Notes: generated by a model from the sequence alone, not told the origin. A DNA stretch of 50,965 nt from Euryarchaeota archaeon UBA136 (GCA_002506485.1 DAXQ01000076.1:1-50965), one strand, 5' to 3'. Counted from the stretch's first letter, positions 9,973-19,587 are shown. Made by a program: numbers and translations.

Positions 9973-10337
9973 ATTAATTCACTTTCCGTTGGGATGAGCC
10001 GAGTCTTTCCTCTTATCCTTAAGGCATTGAGGGATCTCTTTTCTAGTTCTTCAAGCAAACCCTTGTCATTGGTTGCTATAACATAGCCACTTGCAGAGGC
10101 AGATATGAGCATTTTGTCAGCATATCCTTTCCCAATATCAATAACATCCAGTGTTTTACAATACTCCAGGGCTGTCTTGGCTTGTTTAGTCCCTAACTTC
10201 TCAAGTTCAGTGATAACGCAGCTGGGTACAGCTACATCGTAACCTGGTGCAACTTCTGCGATAGCATTCCTAAAATCAGCCCCTCCACTAAAAGTCCATA
10301 ATATGAGATTGGTATCAACTAAAACAGTCTTCATCAA
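9969..10337 (-). CDS. PIN-domain nuclease (Fcf1/Utp24-like), conserved neighbour of aIF2-gamma
   Basis: VLVDTN, VITEL, YAD, IATND acidic PIN motifs; rps6e-eif2g-PIN synteny. Confidence 0.85.
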   Translation of the reverse strand: MMKTVLVDTNLILWTFSGGADFRNAIAEVAPGYDVAVPSCVITELEKLGTKQAKTALEYCKTLDVIDIGKGYADKMLISASASGYVIATNDKGLLEELEKRSLNALRIRGKTRLIPTESELI

Positions 10338-11554
10338 TTAATAATTCCATATCCTATCAAGTGCCATTTTCCATCCACCTGCCGACTTAAGGCAATTCGC
10401 TGTCCTACAGGTGCGCAAACAGGAATTGAAAGTTTTATGTCTACAATATTGTCCTTGACAGTGACAGGAACACCAACTGTAGTACTCGTACCTACTGTGA
10501 TTACCAGTGGTTCTTTGGTTTTTAATTCTTCGACATCTTGAATATTCTTTGTACCTACCACTCTATCAAGCAAGGTCGTTTCGACTTTTAAGCGGTCCCA
10601 GACTGGTGGCAGGCTGCCTGGTTTTCCAATTACGTTTCCTAATAGGGAGTCTGATTTTGTCATGGCAGGGTCCAGACTAGTACCTATTGCCACCAGTCCA
10701 CCGGGACCCAGATTCTGCCTTGAGATCCCACTATGTAGACTCACAACTTCAGCGCTTATTGGTTTTAGTCCTTTTTTTGTAGTTCTGCCTGGCCTGATTT
10801 CTAATTTATCCCCAATTTTAACTAGTCCGCTACTAATGGTACCACCTAACACCCCTCCTTTGATATTCTTCGGAACTGTGCCGGGTTTATTTATGTCAAA
10901 TGATCGGGCAATATTCATCTGAAAATCGTTATTAAGATCTTTTTTCGGGGTAGGGAATAATTCTTCTATGGCCTGTATAAGTAAATCTATGTTTCTATTA
11001 TGATGGGCAGATACGGGAATAATGGGTGCATCTTCTAGCTGCGTTCCTTTCAAGAATTTTTTAATTTCCTCATAGGATTCCATTGCACTTTCTTTAGAGC
11101 AAACGTCAATTTTATTCTGGACAATAATGATGTTGTTAAAACCCATTACCTCAAGGGCCGAAAGATGTTCCCTAGTCTGTGGTTGTGGACATTTCTCATT
11201 AGCAGCGATTATCAATATCGCAGCATCCATTATTGCAGCTCCACTCAACATTTTGGCCATAAGGGTCTCGTGACCAGGTGCATCTACGAAGCTGACCGTT
11301 CTAAGATGCTCTAATTTTCCTCCCTTGTATTCTTTTTTATCTGGTTCTGAAGTATAATGTTTTCCACCTTTCTTCATTGTAACCCGATAAAAATCTGCGT
11401 CTGCATAACCTAGTTTTATCGATATTCCTCTTTTCATTTCCTCGCTGTGCTGGTCCGTCCACTTTCCAGTCAAAGCCTGAGTCAAGGTGGTCTTTCCATG
11501 GTCTACATGGCCTACCATTCCGATATTTATTTCGGGTTGGGAAACCGCTGTCAA
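10334..11554 (-). CDS. eif2g: Translation initiation factor 2 gamma subunit
   Basis: QPEINIGMVGHVDHGKTT, RGISIKLGY, DAPGHE, PQPQTREH, QNKID, RSFDINKPG. Confidence 0.97.
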   Translation of the reverse strand: MTAVSQPEINIGMVGHVDHGKTTLTQALTGKWTDQHSEEMKRGISIKLGYADADFYRVTMKKGGKHYTSEPDKKEYKGGKLEHLRTVSFVDAPGHETLMAKMLSGAAIMDAAILIIAANEKCPQPQTREHLSALEVMGFNNIIIVQNKIDVCSKESAMESYEEIKKFLKGTQLEDAPIIPVSAHHNRNIDLLIQAIEELFPTPKKDLNNDFQMNIARSFDINKPGTVPKNIKGGVLGGTISSGLVKIGDKLEIRPGRTTKKGLKPISAEVVSLHSGISRQNLGPGGLVAIGTSLDPAMTKSDSLLGNVIGKPGSLPPVWDRLKVETTLLDRVVGTKNIQDVEELKTKEPLVITVGTSTTVGVPVTVKDNIVDIKLSIPVCAPVGQRIALSRQVDGKWHLIGYGIIN

Positions 11555-11556
11555 GG

Positions 11557-11946
11557 CTAAGCCACCTCTGCTTTCAACAACTCCTCTATGGATTTTGGCC
11601 CGTATTCAATTACTTTCAGATTTATTTGTGATATATCTCCGCTTAGGTTCTTTCCTCTAATTAGTTTACGTTTACGTTGTCCGTCCTTGACGGGTGTAAA
11701 ACCAACCGAGTCAGTCATGAGCAATCTTCTTCTCTGATTTCCACTAATATCTCCCCTCATAGGAACTCCAGATTCATCAGATCCACCTGTGATTTTTAAA
11801 CGATAACCAGGTAAATCAAGAAATATTCCATCGATTTCTTCCCCAATACCTTTGCCCACTAGAGCATTAGATTTTTCTTCCGAAAGAACCTTTTGATAAG
11901 CCATTTTGCCTTTAGGATCTGCTATTACGGTTTTGAACTCAGCCAT
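11557..11946 (-). CDS. rps6e: 30S ribosomal protein eS6
   Basis: LKITGGSDESGVPM, RKRKLIRG, ISQINLK; GAGGTGA-like SD upstream. Confidence 0.95.
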   Translation of the reverse strand: MAEFKTVIADPKGKMAYQKVLSEEKSNALVGKGIGEEIDGIFLDLPGYRLKITGGSDESGVPMRGDISGNQRRRLLMTDSVGFTPVKDGQRKRKLIRGKNLSGDISQINLKVIEYGPKSIEELLKAEVA

Positions 11947-12041
11947 ATATCACCTTAGAGGTAGATTTGGCGTCATAAATGCTAATATTTAAAGAATAGT
12001 GCGAAAGTAACAATTAAATACTCGATAAGTGAGTCTATTCT

Positions 12042-13133
12042 ATGGGATTGCTGATTATTGCTATAGACCGGGACAACGATTTGGGTCGAAAGACTGGAAT
12101 CAGAAGTCCAGTTATTGGTAGGGCAGCCAATGTAAAAGCAGCATTGGAACTTGGTTTGGCAGATCCCGAAGAAAGCGATACCAACACTATGTTAGCAGCG
12201 ATTCAAACCTACGACCAATTGTTGAAGGATGATAAGGCAGTTGAAGTAGTAACTATTTGTGGTGATGTTAGGGTAGGAACAAAGTCGGATATGAAGATAG
12301 CCAACATCTTAGACCAAGTTATCGCTAAAACTAAGGCAACCAATGCTATATTGGTAAGTGATGGGGCTGAGGATCTTGAATTGGAACCGATAATCCGCTC
12401 ACGTCTACGCATAGATTCAACCAAGAAGGTTGTAGTACAACAATCTAGACCAATAGAGGATACCTTGTATACAATTGTTCATAAGATGGAGGATCCAAAA
12501 ATTCAGAGGCAATTCATCTTTCCAATAGCTCTGGTCGCGTTTGTTTACGGATTACTGACCTGGTTTGGTCTTTCGGATATTGCTTCAGGCGCTATATGGG
12601 TTGTTTTAGGTGGATATATGTTGGTGAAAGTAGCTGGCTGGGAGGAAGGTTTCAGGAGTTTCTATACCGAACTTCTAACCGTTACAAGTGAGCGTGTTTC
12701 TTTCTATTCTTATGCTTGGCTAATTGCAGCCTTACTGATGATAGTAGGAATTACTAGAGGATTGGACCAGATGCAGGAAGTCTCAGCAGAGGGGCCTCTG
12801 GCTATGGTACTGGCATTTTTGTCTCTAGATGGAGTTCTTCTTCTTCTTCTGGGTGCAGTGGTTGTTATTGAAGTTTCACGAACTGTTGATGGTTATCTGC
12901 GAGATGGTGTTTTCAACATAAACATAGTAAGATTCATCTTTACGGTAGCCAGTATGGGATTGATTACTGCAGGTATAATAGAGATAGTTAATGATCTATT
13001 TGTACAGAATAACTTCGATGCTAATAATGTTCAATATATCCTATCAGGTATCATTTTGTCTTTTATCGGTCTTTTAGTGCATGATAGTATCCGCGAGCGG
13101 GTCGAAGAAAACCCCTTGGCCACTGACGAATAA
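12042..13133 (+). CDS. DUF373 family membrane protein
   Basis: IDRDNDLG, ADPEESDTN, VSDGAED, VVVQQS followed by about 6 TM helices. Confidence 0.88.
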   Translation: MGLLIIAIDRDNDLGRKTGIRSPVIGRAANVKAALELGLADPEESDTNTMLAAIQTYDQLLKDDKAVEVVTICGDVRVGTKSDMKIANILDQVIAKTKATNAILVSDGAEDLELEPIIRSRLRIDSTKKVVVQQSRPIEDTLYTIVHKMEDPKIQRQFIFPIALVAFVYGLLTWFGLSDIASGAIWVVLGGYMLVKVAGWEEGFRSFYTELLTVTSERVSFYSYAWLIAALLMIVGITRGLDQMQEVSAEGPLAMVLAFLSLDGVLLLLLGAVVVIEVSRTVDGYLRDGVFNINIVRFIFTVASMGLITAGIIEIVNDLFVQNNFDANNVQYILSGIILSFIGLLVHDSIRERVEENPLATDE

Positions 13134-13143
13134 GATTTTCTAA

Positions 13144-13662
13144 ATGAGTCAATTTCATGTATTAAGAATTGGCCACCGGCCTGAACGTGATAAAAGGATT
13201 ACAACACATGTAGCCCTAACTTCCAGGGCCTTTGGAGCTTCTAGGATGTATTTATCCAAACCAGACAGTAGGGTAGTCACGACTATCGATGAGGTTGTCG
13301 CAAAATTTGGTGGGAATTTCGAGATCGAACCACTTTCCAATCCCAGAAAATTTGCTAAAAACTGGGAAGGCCAGATCGTTCATTTGACTATGTTCGGTCT
13401 TCCTCTTGAGGACTTTGAGGATAAATTGAGGAAAGAGCAATCTCCAATATTATTTATTGTTGGGGCTGAAAAGGTGCCTCCTTGGACTTTTGAATATGCA
13501 GATTACAATATATCAATAGGAAATCAGCCTCATTCTGAAGTATCGGCCCTAGCAATCTCTTTATCTCGTTTAAATGAAAATTATGTGGATCAGAAATTTG
13601 GAGGTCCTTTGCAGGTCATCCCTTCTGGTGATCACCGCAAGATGATTGATACTAGCCGTTAA
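13144..13662 (+). CDS. trm56: tRNA (cytidine56-2'-O)-methyltransferase aTrm56
   Basis: LRIGHRPERDKRITTHVALTSRAFGA, VHLTMFG, VGAEKVP, NQPHSEVSALA. Confidence 0.95.
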   Translation: MSQFHVLRIGHRPERDKRITTHVALTSRAFGASRMYLSKPDSRVVTTIDEVVAKFGGNFEIEPLSNPRKFAKNWEGQIVHLTMFGLPLEDFEDKLRKEQSPILFIVGAEKVPPWTFEYADYNISIGNQPHSEVSALAISLSRLNENYVDQKFGGPLQVIPSGDHRKMIDTSR

Positions 13663-15095
13663 TCAAACGCTTCGGTTTTCCATTTAGTCTCAATTTTATT
13701 ATAGAAGAAAATACTCATCAAAGACAAAAACCCACATATTGTGGCCAATGCTATCAATATCACTGAGGGTTTGTGATTTATGGTTAGGCTCAGAATCGTC
13801 ATCGCAATCATGGGTGGAACAGATACTAAGAAAAATTTGATGAATATAATTGCGTCAAACAGAGCGGAATTGGTTCTTAGTCCTGTAGTCCATGCAGTAT
13901 AATTCACAATATATATTCCAACTGCTATCATGACCACTATTCCCATCGGGAGTAGATTCATTTCGGAACTCATGTAGGCGATTAGGGTCATAAACAAGAG
14001 AGGAATCCACCAGGTAATTGTTAAAAACAAAACCAGTCGAGCTCGTATAACATCTGAAACAGTTACCGGCAATGTTGAGTAGAAATTAGGATTATCAATG
14101 GTATTCAGCCATGAATAAAGCATAGTTCCGAAAAATCCAATCATGACTCCATAGAAAATTGTGTTGAAGTCGATTTGAACTGGAAGCCCCCTATCGATAA
14201 ACCAGTTCATGAATGTCAAAATGCCTAATGGAAATGCAAAAGAAAAAAACATTTTGGTTCCGGTCTGGCTTCTCTGTAGATCGATTCTTTCCTTGGACAC
14301 GATCACAGGTGTTGACATCCATTTTGTCCACTCGAATTTTTTTGTATATTCGGCAAGTCGCTCTTTGTATCCAATTTTCTGCATAACTTTTGGTTCATAG
14401 CCCTCCTGAACAAAAATTGTAGCTATAACTGACATAAGTATAGGAATAATAATTGTAACGAATAGCATTTCAATGCTTCCATTCAGGTACCAGTCTAATC
14501 CAGGCGTTATCTGGAAATTTCTGAACATAAATCCGTATGTCAGAATTGAAAGAAGACCTCCTGAGACAGCTATGGGCAAAGAGATACGGTACAGACTAGA
14601 AGTAAGATAAGCGAAAGATAGGCCAGTAGTAAAAGAAAAAAAGAGCGATAATCCAAATATTGTTACACTTGTCAAATCCAGGCCATTTGAATATGCACCT
14701 ATCAAAGCTCCAATTAATGCAGGTAATAAAGTGAAGATCGAATAAAATATTATTTCTTTAATAAAATATAACAGTGTCATCCTCCTTTGACTTACTGGTT
14801 GTGTAGAAGGCAGGCCAATAATCAAGCCTAGATATCCAAAGATTCGCTCTAGGAAATCATTGCCAAAAAAGGCCAAGAAACCTGTAAAGACGCCATAAAA
14901 TAGAATAGAAATGTGGCACGACTCAAGGAAGGCTGCATATCCCATATCCTTGATTATCTCATCCGAGAAGAGGACTGCAAGAAGTCCGGCTAGAACAACT
15001 AAAACGGGAAAAGAATAGAATCCTTTACCGCTAGCGAAACTGGTGTTCAATCTTATTTCTTCCAGTAGCATTTTGTGGATTATTAACGTGTTCAT
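13659..15095 (-). CDS. Putative ABC exporter permease (about 12 TM, two-fold internal repeat)
   Basis: Highly hydrophobic; repeated xPVS/LPVT motifs; ATGA-coupled to the upstream ABC ATPase. Confidence 0.7.
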   Translation of the reverse strand: MNTLIIHKMLLEEIRLNTSFASGKGFYSFPVLVVLAGLLAVLFSDEIIKDMGYAAFLESCHISILFYGVFTGFLAFFGNDFLERIFGYLGLIIGLPSTQPVSQRRMTLLYFIKEIIFYSIFTLLPALIGALIGAYSNGLDLTSVTIFGLSLFFSFTTGLSFAYLTSSLYRISLPIAVSGGLLSILTYGFMFRNFQITPGLDWYLNGSIEMLFVTIIIPILMSVIATIFVQEGYEPKVMQKIGYKERLAEYTKKFEWTKWMSTPVIVSKERIDLQRSQTGTKMFFSFAFPLGILTFMNWFIDRGLPVQIDFNTIFYGVMIGFFGTMLYSWLNTIDNPNFYSTLPVTVSDVIRARLVLFLTITWWIPLLFMTLIAYMSSEMNLLPMGIVVMIAVGIYIVNYTAWTTGLRTNSALFDAIIFIKFFLVSVPPMIAMTILSLTINHKPSVILIALATICGFLSLMSIFFYNKIETKWKTEAFD

Positions 15096-15793
15096 AGTAC
15101 TATTTCATGAAACAATTCTTCCAGATTCATTTTTTGTTGGTCTAATTTTTCTAATGAGATAAGGGATTGTATCTTTCCCTCATGAATTATAGCTGCCCGA
15201 TCACAGAGTCTTTGTGCACTCTCAAGCAAGTGCGTATTGAGAAATACAGTTCCTCCCTCTTTTACAAAGCCTACCAACCAGTCTCTGACTTTTGTCTGTA
15301 CAATGGGGTCCAGATTTATGAATGGTTCATCCAAGAAAAGAAGCTCGGTCTGGGAAATAAATGCCGCCGCCAGCATCACTTTTTGGCGCTGTCCTCTAGA
15401 TAGATTACGGCAAACCCGTCCTTCTAGGGGTTCCATTTCAAAGAATTCTATCCACCACTCTATGTCCGGATTCTCAATTTCTCTAATGGCTACTACCATT
15501 TCCAATACTTCCCTGGGTGTTAGAAAACTGGGTGGTGATTCTTGCTCCGGTACAATCCCTATCTTTCTCTTTACACCCAGTATGTCTTTTTCGACATTTA
15601 GTCCCAAAACTTCTGCGTTTCCTTCTGTTGCTCTTATTTGTCCAGTCAGTATCTTCAGTAAGGTGGTCTTTCCAGCTCCATTAGGTCCTAGAAGTCCAAA
15701 AAATTCACCTTTTTCAACATTGAGATCGACACCATTGAGTGCCAGCACATCATCGTACCTTTTTGACAGTGCTTTACAAGATATTACAGACAT
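15092..15793 (-). CDS. ABC transporter ATP-binding protein
   Basis: Walker A GPNGAGKTT, signature LSRGQ, Walker B LFLDEP, H-loop. Confidence 0.95.
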   Translation of the reverse strand: MSVISCKALSKRYDDVLALNGVDLNVEKGEFFGLLGPNGAGKTTLLKILTGQIRATEGNAEVLGLNVEKDILGVKRKIGIVPEQESPPSFLTPREVLEMVVAIREIENPDIEWWIEFFEMEPLEGRVCRNLSRGQRQKVMLAAAFISQTELLFLDEPFINLDPIVQTKVRDWLVGFVKEGGTVFLNTHLLESAQRLCDRAAIIHEGKIQSLISLEKLDQQKMNLEELFHEIVL

Positions 15794-15801
15794 TTAACGT
15801 C

Positions 15802-16284
15802 TTATCGGAACATTCCTTTTATGGTCTTTTTGATGATGCCTTCATCTTTTTTGTCGATTTTAGGTTCATTATCATCCTTGCCGAACACTGTATTTCTCAA
15901 GGTGAACATAGCAGTATCATACCCCAATGAATCTCTACCAACCAATCTTACAGGCAATGGTAAAATTTCCCAAGTTCGATCCACAAACATCCCATATTTC
16001 GAGTCATCGCTGATATAAGAGGAACCTTTCTTTCCCACCTTTTTCATCGAACGTACAACTATCTTTGTGGCTAGAGATATAACAACTGAATCAATCGCTC
16101 CTTTGGCCATTTTACCAGCTGAGGACGCCGCATCCGAAGCTGTTTTTACAGCACCTGTAGCTAGATCAGAGGCACTTTCTCCTATGTTTTTAGCCTGGTC
16201 AGCTACCTTGCTGCCAACACTGGTGGTCACGTCTTTAACTTCCGATGCCTTTTCTTCAGCTTTCTTTTTGATATCTTTGAACAT
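15802..16284 (-). CDS. Hypothetical protein with Ala/Ser/Lys-rich helical N-terminus
   Basis: 160-aa ORF filling the gap; low-complexity N-half, globular C-half (WEILPLPVRLVG). Confidence 0.7.
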   Translation of the reverse strand: MFKDIKKKAEEKASEVKDVTTSVGSKVADQAKNIGESASDLATGAVKTASDAASSAGKMAKGAIDSVVISLATKIVVRSMKKVGKKGSSYISDDSKYGMFVDRTWEILPLPVRLVGRDSLGYDTAMFTLRNTVFGKDDNEPKIDKKDEGIIKKTIKGMFR

Positions 16285-16336
16285 TATGCCGCATGACCAA
16301 TTCTATTATTAAATGTGCGGTTCAGAGGTGTTTGTA

Positions 16337-16423
16337 GCGGGGGTCGCATAGCCAGGCCAATTGCGCTGGGTTTAGGTCCCAGTCCTTAGTGGTACGTGGG
16401 TTCAAATCCCTCCCCCCGCACCA
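16337..16423 (+). tRNA. tRNA-Leu (TAG), long variable arm, CCA encoded
   Basis: Acceptor GCGGGGG/CCCCCGC; anticodon arm CTGGG-TTTAGGT-CCCAG; GGTTCAAATCC T-loop; TTATTAAA about 24 nt upstream. Confidence 0.93.
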
Positions 16424-16450
16424 TTTATATGTATCCGATTCTGGTAATTT

Positions 16451-16570
16451 ATGACAGAGGATGATTCACATCCCAAAAAGAAAAGGGTGACTAAGGGAGA
16501 CAAAAAGGCAAAGAAGAATTTTAGTCGTTACAAGAAAGGTGGTCCCAAGAAGAAAAGGGTCAAATTATGA
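16451..16570 (+). CDS. 39-aa lysine-rich small protein (not in ORF track): MTEDDSHPKKKRVTKGDKKAKKNFSRYKKGGPKKKRVKL
   Basis: Manual translation; stop overlaps the ROK start as ATGA; fills the tRNA-ROK gap. Confidence 0.6.
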   Translation: MTEDDSHPKKKRVTKGDKKAKKNFSRYKKGGPKKKRVKL

Positions 16571-17433
16571 CTTTATTGATTGGAGGTGTCGAGTTAGGTG
16601 GTACAAAGTGCGTTCTGGCTGTCGCTAAAAGTCCAATTGATATACTCTATCGGGCAGTAATCCCTACTGGGAATCCACAAAAGACACTTCAGGGTATTTT
16701 TGATTTTTTTAGTGGTTATGAACTGAATAGGATAGGTATTGGGACCTTTGGTCCAGTCATTCTGGATTCCGAATCAAAGAATTATGGTTTGTTGATATCT
16801 GAAAGTAAGAAAGGTTGGAAAGGAATAAATCTCTTTAAAGAGTTCTCGAGCAATTCCAAAGCAAAAATCAATATTGATACTGATGTTAATGCTGCAGCCA
16901 TTGGGGAGTATAACTATGGGGCTGGACGGTCTTGTCAGGCCTTAATTTACATCACAATTGGTACTGGAATCGGAGGAGGTGTGTTAGTAGATGGAAAGTC
17001 ATATACTGGTAATTTCCATTTGGAAATGGGTCATATACAGGTCCCAAATCCAGATAATTTTGAGGGAGTTTGTAGAATTCACGGAGATTGCTGGGAAGGC
17101 CTTGCAAGCGGCCCTTCAATAGAAGCAAGATGGGGTGTTTCACCCTTGGAACTTCCTGAATCACATCAGGCATGGGAAAAAGAAGCCGAACTGTTAGCTA
17201 GTGGAATAGTGTCCATAATAGCTAATCATTCACCAGACAGAGTCATATTGGGCGGAGGTGTAATGAAACAGAAGCATTTGTTTTCAATGATTCGCTCTAA
17301 AGTTGGTGAAATGTGGAATGATTATACGCCTTTAGCTTCACCATCTGAATTAATTGTTGAGCCTGGTTTAGGTAGTGATTCTGGTATTATTGGAGCTTTG
17401 GTTTTAGGAATTGGTGGGCCCGCCCAGATTTGA
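16567..17433 (+). CDS. ROK-family sugar kinase, fructokinase-like
   Basis: GVELGGTK, GIGTFGP, DTDVNAAA, TIGTGIGGG, EMGH, CRIHGDCWEGLASG zinc motif. Confidence 0.9.
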   Translation: MTLLIGGVELGGTKCVLAVAKSPIDILYRAVIPTGNPQKTLQGIFDFFSGYELNRIGIGTFGPVILDSESKNYGLLISESKKGWKGINLFKEFSSNSKAKINIDTDVNAAAIGEYNYGAGRSCQALIYITIGTGIGGGVLVDGKSYTGNFHLEMGHIQVPNPDNFEGVCRIHGDCWEGLASGPSIEARWGVSPLELPESHQAWEKEAELLASGIVSIIANHSPDRVILGGGVMKQKHLFSMIRSKVGEMWNDYTPLASPSELIVEPGLGSDSGIIGALVLGIGGPAQI

Positions 17434-17487
17434 ACTGGAGTCTATACCACCCCAAGGTACAAGGATGCCAAGCTACCCCACGGGCCC
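17412..17487 (-). tRNA. tRNA-Pro (GGG), CCA encoded
   Basis: Reverse complement: acceptor GGGCCCG/CGGGCCC; anticodon arm GTACC-TTGGGGT-GGTAT; TTCAAAT loop; lies after rpoN as in many archaea. Confidence 0.92.
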
Positions 17488-17520
17488 TATAGTGTGGTTA
17501 CAGTAACCTTTCTTAAAAAA

Positions 17521-17712
17521 TCAGTCGTAGGGTAAGAGTTCATCTATTAAGTCTAGATGAGAAACAAAAATCTTTCTGCAGCAATATCGTTTTATCCCTA
17601 AGTCATTCATAACTTCAGCAGGATCTTCTCCATTATCTTTCCTTTCAATAAACTCTTCGTAAGAGCCGCCTATAACCTTGTTACAACTAAAACATCTAAC
17701 TGGTACTAGCAT
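17521..17712 (-). CDS. rpoN: RNA polymerase subunit N (Rpo10)
   Basis: PVRCFSC...RYCCR zinc motif. Confidence 0.96.
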   Translation of the reverse strand: MLVPVRCFSCNKVIGGSYEEFIERKDNGEDPAEVMNDLGIKRYCCRKIFVSHLDLIDELLPYD

Positions 17713-17718
17713 TTGTTT

Positions 17719-18120
17719 TCACCTGTATGATTTTTGCCTCTTTTTACGCGCACCTCTACCCATAGGATGTTTGGGTTCTTTACGCCTTGTGTCATTGACC
17801 AGAAGGGCACGGTCATAATTCTGGAACAGTTTTTGTAAATCATCATCCTTGAACCACTCTATAATGCCTCTGGCTATTGCAGTCCTTGTGGCTTCAGCCT
17901 GGCCCATGACTCCACCTCCATAAACATCAATATTTATGTCAATCCTATTGGTCTGCTTACCAGCCAATTCCAGAGGCTCCTGTATTTTCAGTCTGGCTAA
18001 TTCAGGCTGATAGAATTCAACAGGTTTTTTGTTTATTCTTATACGGCCCTTACCAGAACGTACAGTAGCTCTAGCTATCGCGGTTTTTCTCTTCCCACTG
18101 GTATGAATCACTTTAGCCAT
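17719..18120 (-). CDS. rps9: 30S ribosomal protein uS9
   Basis: [29 protein letters not shown]. Confidence 0.97.
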   Translation of the reverse strand: MAKVIHTSGKRKTAIARATVRSGKGRIRINKKPVEFYQPELARLKIQEPLELAGKQTNRIDINIDVYGGGVMGQAEATRTAIARGIIEWFKDDDLQKLFQNYDRALLVNDTRRKEPKHPMGRGARKKRQKSYR

Positions 18121-18533
18121 TAAAATTTCGCCCCCAATACTTTTGATACTTCACCTAAAGTGACATATTTCGAGTAATTGTTCATTTTTGCCCCATCGAC
18201 CATCTCGACTTTTTCATCTCCTACAGACGCAGGTTTACCAACATCTACTTTCAGCCTTTTGAAAGCCTCTCTTCCTCTCGGTTTCTGGTAGGGTATCATT
18301 CCTCTGACAGCCCTCTTCAGCATTAGGTGGGGCATCCTTGGATAATAGGGTCCTTTTCTTGGATGATTAAGCTTTCTTTTTCCGATGTACTCTCCAAAGA
18401 CCATCTCTTTCGTACCTGAAAATACAGCCATTTCAGCATTGATTACATGGATCTGATCGCCATTCAATAGTCCTTTGGCTACAGAACTTGCTAATCTACC
18501 GACTATACAATCACTAGCATCTATAATTCTCAT
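18120..18533 (-). CDS. rpl13: 50S ribosomal protein uL13
   Basis: [25 protein letters not shown]. Confidence 0.96.
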   Translation of the reverse strand: MRIIDASDCIVGRLASSVAKGLLNGDQIHVINAEMAVFSGTKEMVFGEYIGKRKLNHPRKGPYYPRMPHLMLKRAVRGMIPYQKPRGREAFKRLKVDVGKPASVGDEKVEMVDGAKMNNYSKYVTLGEVSKVLGAKF

Positions 18534-18904
18534 CAGCCAATCACCATTACATTTGTTCCCTTTGGATTCGATTTTATAAAATCATTATACGATAAGCACT
18601 TTCCGCCTGCAGCTTCTATTTTTTTTACGGCCGATTGAGTGAAACTATAGGCCGTAACCGTCACTTTCTTTGTTATTGTACCGGCTCCTAGTAATTTTCC
18701 TGGGACAACTACTTTAGAATTCTTATCTGCATTGTATTCAAGTTTACTTATGTTCACCGATGGCCAACTTTGGGAAGGTCCTTCCAACCGAATAGCTACA
18801 CTTCGCCACAAGGGAGCTTCGTTTTTTCGTGCTGCATTCTTGAGATTAGTAATAGCTTTTACTAGCTCAGAATTGCTCTTCCGGTTAATTTGTTTCAGCG
18901 ACAT
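18533..18904 (-). CDS. rpl18e: 50S ribosomal protein eL18
   Basis: VNISKL, VVVPGKLLGAG, KIEAAGG; L18e-L13-S9-N synteny. Confidence 0.95.
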   Translation of the reverse strand: MSLKQINRKSNSELVKAITNLKNAARKNEAPLWRSVAIRLEGPSQSWPSVNISKLEYNADKNSKVVVPGKLLGAGTITKKVTVTAYSFTQSAVKKIEAAGGKCLSYNDFIKSNPKGTNVMVIG

Positions 18905-18946
18905 CGCTAGGGGTAATCCACTTGGGTTGGCGGCCAGTCTGTGCCG

Positions 18947-18954
18947 TATATAAA
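18947..18954 (-). promoter_or_regulatory. TATA box of the rpl18e operon
   Basis: TTTATATA on the minus strand about 43 nt upstream of the rpl18e start. Confidence 0.5.
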
Positions 18955-18957
18955 GTA

Positions 18958-19563
18958 TTAGTCGGACTTTATTTTAATATGTCGTCCATTTATAACTATT
19001 TTTCCAGAACACAATAATTGTAATGCTTTGGGTAGTATCTGGTGCTCATACTTCAAAATCTTATCAGCCAGGCTTTCCTCAGTTTCACCATCTGATAAAG
19101 TTACGGAAGTCTGCATTATTATGGGCCCTGAATCAATCCCTTCATCAACTAGGTGAGCTGTGCATCCGCTTACCTTGACTCCGTATTTTATTGCATCCCG
19201 GTGCGCGTTGGCTCCTGAAAAAGAGGGTAATAATGAGGGGTGGATATTCAGAATCCGATTTCTGTAAGTATCAATAAATTCAGGTGTGAGGATTCTCATA
19301 AAACCTGCTAATACTACTATTTCGATATTCAGTTCTTTCAATAATTTTAGGACACTTTGATCAAATTCTCCTCTGGTCCTGTCATGAGATGTGATTACAG
19401 TATAGTTTATTCTGTGTTTTTTTGCTCTTTTGATGGCATAAGCGTCCTTCTTATTTACAATGAGATGAGCGAGGTCAGCATCAGGCATTTCACCTCTCTC
19501 AGCAGCATCAATAAGTGCTTGGAAGTTGCTTCCTCTTCCGGAAGCCATTACACCTACCCTCAT
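18958..19563 (-). CDS. purN: Phosphoribosylglycinamide formyltransferase
   Basis: SGRGSN, LAGFMRIL, NIHPSLLP, GCTAH, DSGPII. Confidence 0.95.
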   Translation of the reverse strand: MRVGVMASGRGSNFQALIDAAERGEMPDADLAHLIVNKKDAYAIKRAKKHRINYTVITSHDRTRGEFDQSVLKLLKELNIEIVVLAGFMRILTPEFIDTYRNRILNIHPSLLPSFSGANAHRDAIKYGVKVSGCTAHLVDEGIDSGPIIMQTSVTLSDGETEESLADKILKYEHQILPKALQLLCSGKIVINGRHIKIKSD

Positions 19564-19587
19564 AATCTACTATGAAGGCTGTTCTCT

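Noticed and set aside
9955..9975. A8 run at the PIN/dys junction as a programmed frameshift
   Set aside because: The run lies after the PIN stop codon; the simple TTGA overlap explains the junction
9969..10337. VapC toxin of a toxin-antitoxin pair
   Set aside because: No antitoxin; position after eif2g matches the conserved housekeeping PIN gene
15237..15797. 186-aa plus-strand ORF
   Set aside because: Antisense shadow of the ABC ATPase
16337..17487. Integrative element or provirus at the tRNAs
   Set aside because: No integrase, no duplicated tRNA 3' end (att) and no phage or plasmid genes seen
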